Assembly: GCF_963921235.1 (NCBI RefSeq)
Contig: NC_086097.1
Location: 89,344,001-89,408,000, forward strand
Source: Mobula hypostoma
Taxonomy: Eukaryota
Direction of reading: 5' to 3'
Length of the DNA: 64,000 nt
This document shows, in pieces, positions 61,280 through 64,000 of the stretch. The notes under the pieces were generated by a model that was not told where the DNA came from, ran no database searches, and saw only the letters and a list, made by a program, of their open reading frames with translations. Both the position numbers and the translations under genes were made by a program. Position 1 is the first letter of the stretch. Every line of letters starts with the position of its first letter.

Positions 61280-64000
61280 CGTCTGGTCAGGGAGAGTGAG
61301 GAGTTGATAGAGAGGAGTTACAGGCAGGTGGTCACGCCGGGGCCACGGGAGGCAGACCAGTGGGTCACGGTTAGGAGAGGGAAGGGGAAGAGTCAGGTAA
61401 TAGAGAGTACCCCGGTGACTGTGCCCCTTGACAATAGGTACTCCTGTTTGAGTACTGTTGGGCGGGACAGCTTACCTGGGGGAAGCGACAGTGGCTGTGC
61501 CTCTGGTACAGAGCCCTGCCCTGTAGCTCAGAAGGGTAGGGAAAGGATGAGGAGGGCAGTTGTAATAGGGGACTCGATAGTAAGGGGGTCAGATAGGCGA
61601 TTCTGTGGACGCAGTCCAGAGACCCGGATGGTAGTTTGCCTCCCTAGTGTCAGGGTCCGGGATATTTCTGATAGTGTCCAAGATATCCTGAAGTGGGAGG
61701 GTGAGGAGCCAGAGGTCGTGGTACATATAGGTACCAATGACATAGGTAGGAAAAGGGAAGAGGTCCTGAAAGGAGAATATAGGGAGTTAGGAAGGGAGTT
61801 GAGAAAAAGGACCGCAAAGGTAGTAATCTCGGGATTACTGCCTGTGCCACGCGACAGTGAGAGTAGGAATGCAGTGAGGTGGAGGATAAATGCGTGGCTG
61901 AGGGATTGGAGCAGGGGGCAGGGATTCAAGTTTTTGGATCATTGGGACCTCTTTTGGCGCAGGCGTGACCTGTACAAAAAGGACGGGTTACACTTGAATC
62001 CTAGGGGGACCAATATCCTGGCAGGGAGATTAACGAGGGCTACTGAGGTGACTTTAAACTAGAATGGTTGGGGGGTTGGGAATCAAATTAAAGAGGCTAG
62101 GCGAGAGGAGGTTAGTTCACAACAGGGGGATGGGAACCAGTGCAGAGAGACAGAGGGGTGTAAAATGAGGGTAGAAGCAAAAAGTAGTAAGGTGAAAAGT
62201 AAAAGTGGCAGGCTGACAAATCCAGGGCAAGCATCAAAAAAGGCCACTTTTCAACATAATTGTATAAGGGCTAAGAGAGTTGTAAAAGCGCGCCTGAAGG
62301 CTTTGTGTGTCAATGCAAGGAGCATTCATAACAAGGTGGATGAATTAAAAGTGCAGATTGTTATTAATGAATATGATATAGTTGGGATCACAGAGACATG
62401 GCACCAGGGTGACCAAGGATGGGAGCTCAACATTCAGGGATATTCAATATTCAGGAGGGATAGACATTAAAGAAAAGGAGGTGGGGTGGCGTTGCTGGTT
62501 AGAGAGGAGATTAACGCAATAGAAAGGAAGAACATAAGCCGGGAAGATGTGGAATCGATATGGGTAGAGCTGCATAACACTAAGGGGCAGAAAACGCTGG
62601 TGGGAGTTGTGTACAGGCCACCTAACAGTAGTAGTGAGGTTGGGGATGGTATTAAACAGGAAATTAGAAATGTGTGCAATAAAGGAACAGCAGTTATAAT
62701 GGGTGACTTCAATCTACATATAGATTGGGTGAACCAAATTGGTAAGGGTGCTGAGGAAGAGGATTTCTTGGAATGTATGCGGGATGGTTTTTTGAACCAA
62801 CATGTCGAGGAACCAACTAGAGACCAGGCTATTCTAGACTGGGTATTAAGCAACGAGGAAGGGTTAATTAGCAATCTTGTCATGAGAGGCCCCTTGGGTT
62901 AGAGTGACCATAATATGGTGGAATTCTTCATTAAGATGGAGAGTGACATAGTTAATTCAGAAATAAAGGTTCTGAACTTAAAGAAGGGTAACTTTGAAGG
63001 TATGACACGTGAATTAGCTAAGATAGACTGGCAAATGACACTTAAAGGGTTGACGGTGGATATGCAATGGCAAGCATTTAAAGATCGCATGGATGAACTA
63101 CAACAATTGTTCATCCCAGTTTGGCAAAAGAATAAATCAAGGAAGGTAGTGCACCCGTGGCTGACAAGGGAAATTAGGGATAGTATCAATTCCAAAGAAG
63201 AAGCATACAAATTAGCCAGAAAAAGTGGCTCACCTGAGGACTGGGAGAAATTCAGAGTTCAGCAGAGGAGGACAAAGGGCTTAATTAGGAAGGGGAAAAA
63301 AGATTATGAGAGAAAACTGGCAGGGAACATAAAAACTGACTGTAAAAGCTTTTATAGATATGTGAAAAGAAAAAGATTGGTTAAGACAAATGTAGGTCCC
63401 CTACAGACAGAAACAGGTGAATTGATTATGGGGAGCAAGGACATGGCAGACCAAGTGAATAATTACTTTGGTTCTGTCTTCACTAAGGAGGACATAAATA
63501 ATCTTCCAGAAATAGTAGGGGACAGAGGGTCCAGTGAGATGGAGGAACTGAGGGAAATACATGTTAGTAGGGAAGTGGTGTTAGGTAAATTGAAGGGATT
63601 AAAGGCAGATAAATCCCCAGGGCCAGATGGTCTGCATCCCAGAGTGCTTAAGGAAGTAGCCCAAGAAATAGTGGATGCATTAGTGATAATTTTTCAAAAC
63701 TCTTTAGATTCTGGACTAGTTCCTGAGGATTGGAGGGTGGCTAATGTAACCTCACTTTTTAAAAAAGGAGGGAGAGAGAAACCGGGGAATTATAGACCGG
63801 TTAGCCTAACATCGGTGGTGGGGAAAATGCTAGAGTCAGTTATCAAAGATGTGATAACAGCACATTTGGAAAGCGGTGAAATCATTGGACAAAGTCAGCA
63901 TGGATTTGTGAAAGGAAAATCATGTCTGACAAATCTCATAGAATTTTTTGTGGATGTAACTAGTAGAGTGGATAGGGGAGAACCAGTGGATGTGGTATAT
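61280..64000 (+). mobile_element. Second CR1 LINE (different subfamily): esterase ORF1 plus APE-RT ORF2, running off the window
   Basis: ORF1 VIGDSIVRG / HIGTND / DGLHLN ending at 62062; ORF2 NARSI, GITETW, YRPP, GDFN, SDHN, KSPGPDG, NYRPVSLTS, QHGF; in-frame stops at 62468-62470 and 62900-62902. Confidence 0.95.

Overview
Eukaryotic, repeat-dense vertebrate DNA. The repeat set (HE1/V-SINE-like and Deu-domain SINEs, CR1 LINEs with esterase ORF1, Rex1/Babar LINEs, Penelope-like elements) points to a cartilaginous fish, probably a ray or skate; this is an inference. Only one host coding exon is well supported: 53456-53883 (+), the N-terminus and start of the DH domain of a PLEKHG-family RhoGEF, most like PLEKHG3. 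A phase-compatible candidate upstream coding exon sits in a CpG-rich region at 23765-23801, so most of the window is probably 5' flank and intron. The remainder is transposon copies: two long CR1s, several Rex1/Babar fragments, Penelope-like (PLE) RT/GIY-YIG copies, a deleted BEL/Pao LTR element, Tc1-type elements and SINEs. Most notable: (1) about a dozen copies of a minimal type I hammerhead ribozyme motif carried by the PLE family, one with an intact core (27229-27266); (2) a 30-unit, 37-bp minisatellite built from a Rex1/Babar ORF2 snippet and fused to the 5' junction of that same PLE copy; (3) PLE inverted repeats whose breakpoints fall at the ribozyme cleavage site. Most ORFs in the supplied track are spurious or transposon-derived. 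Repeat family names come from recalled motifs, not a database search, and degraded-repeat boundaries are approximate.
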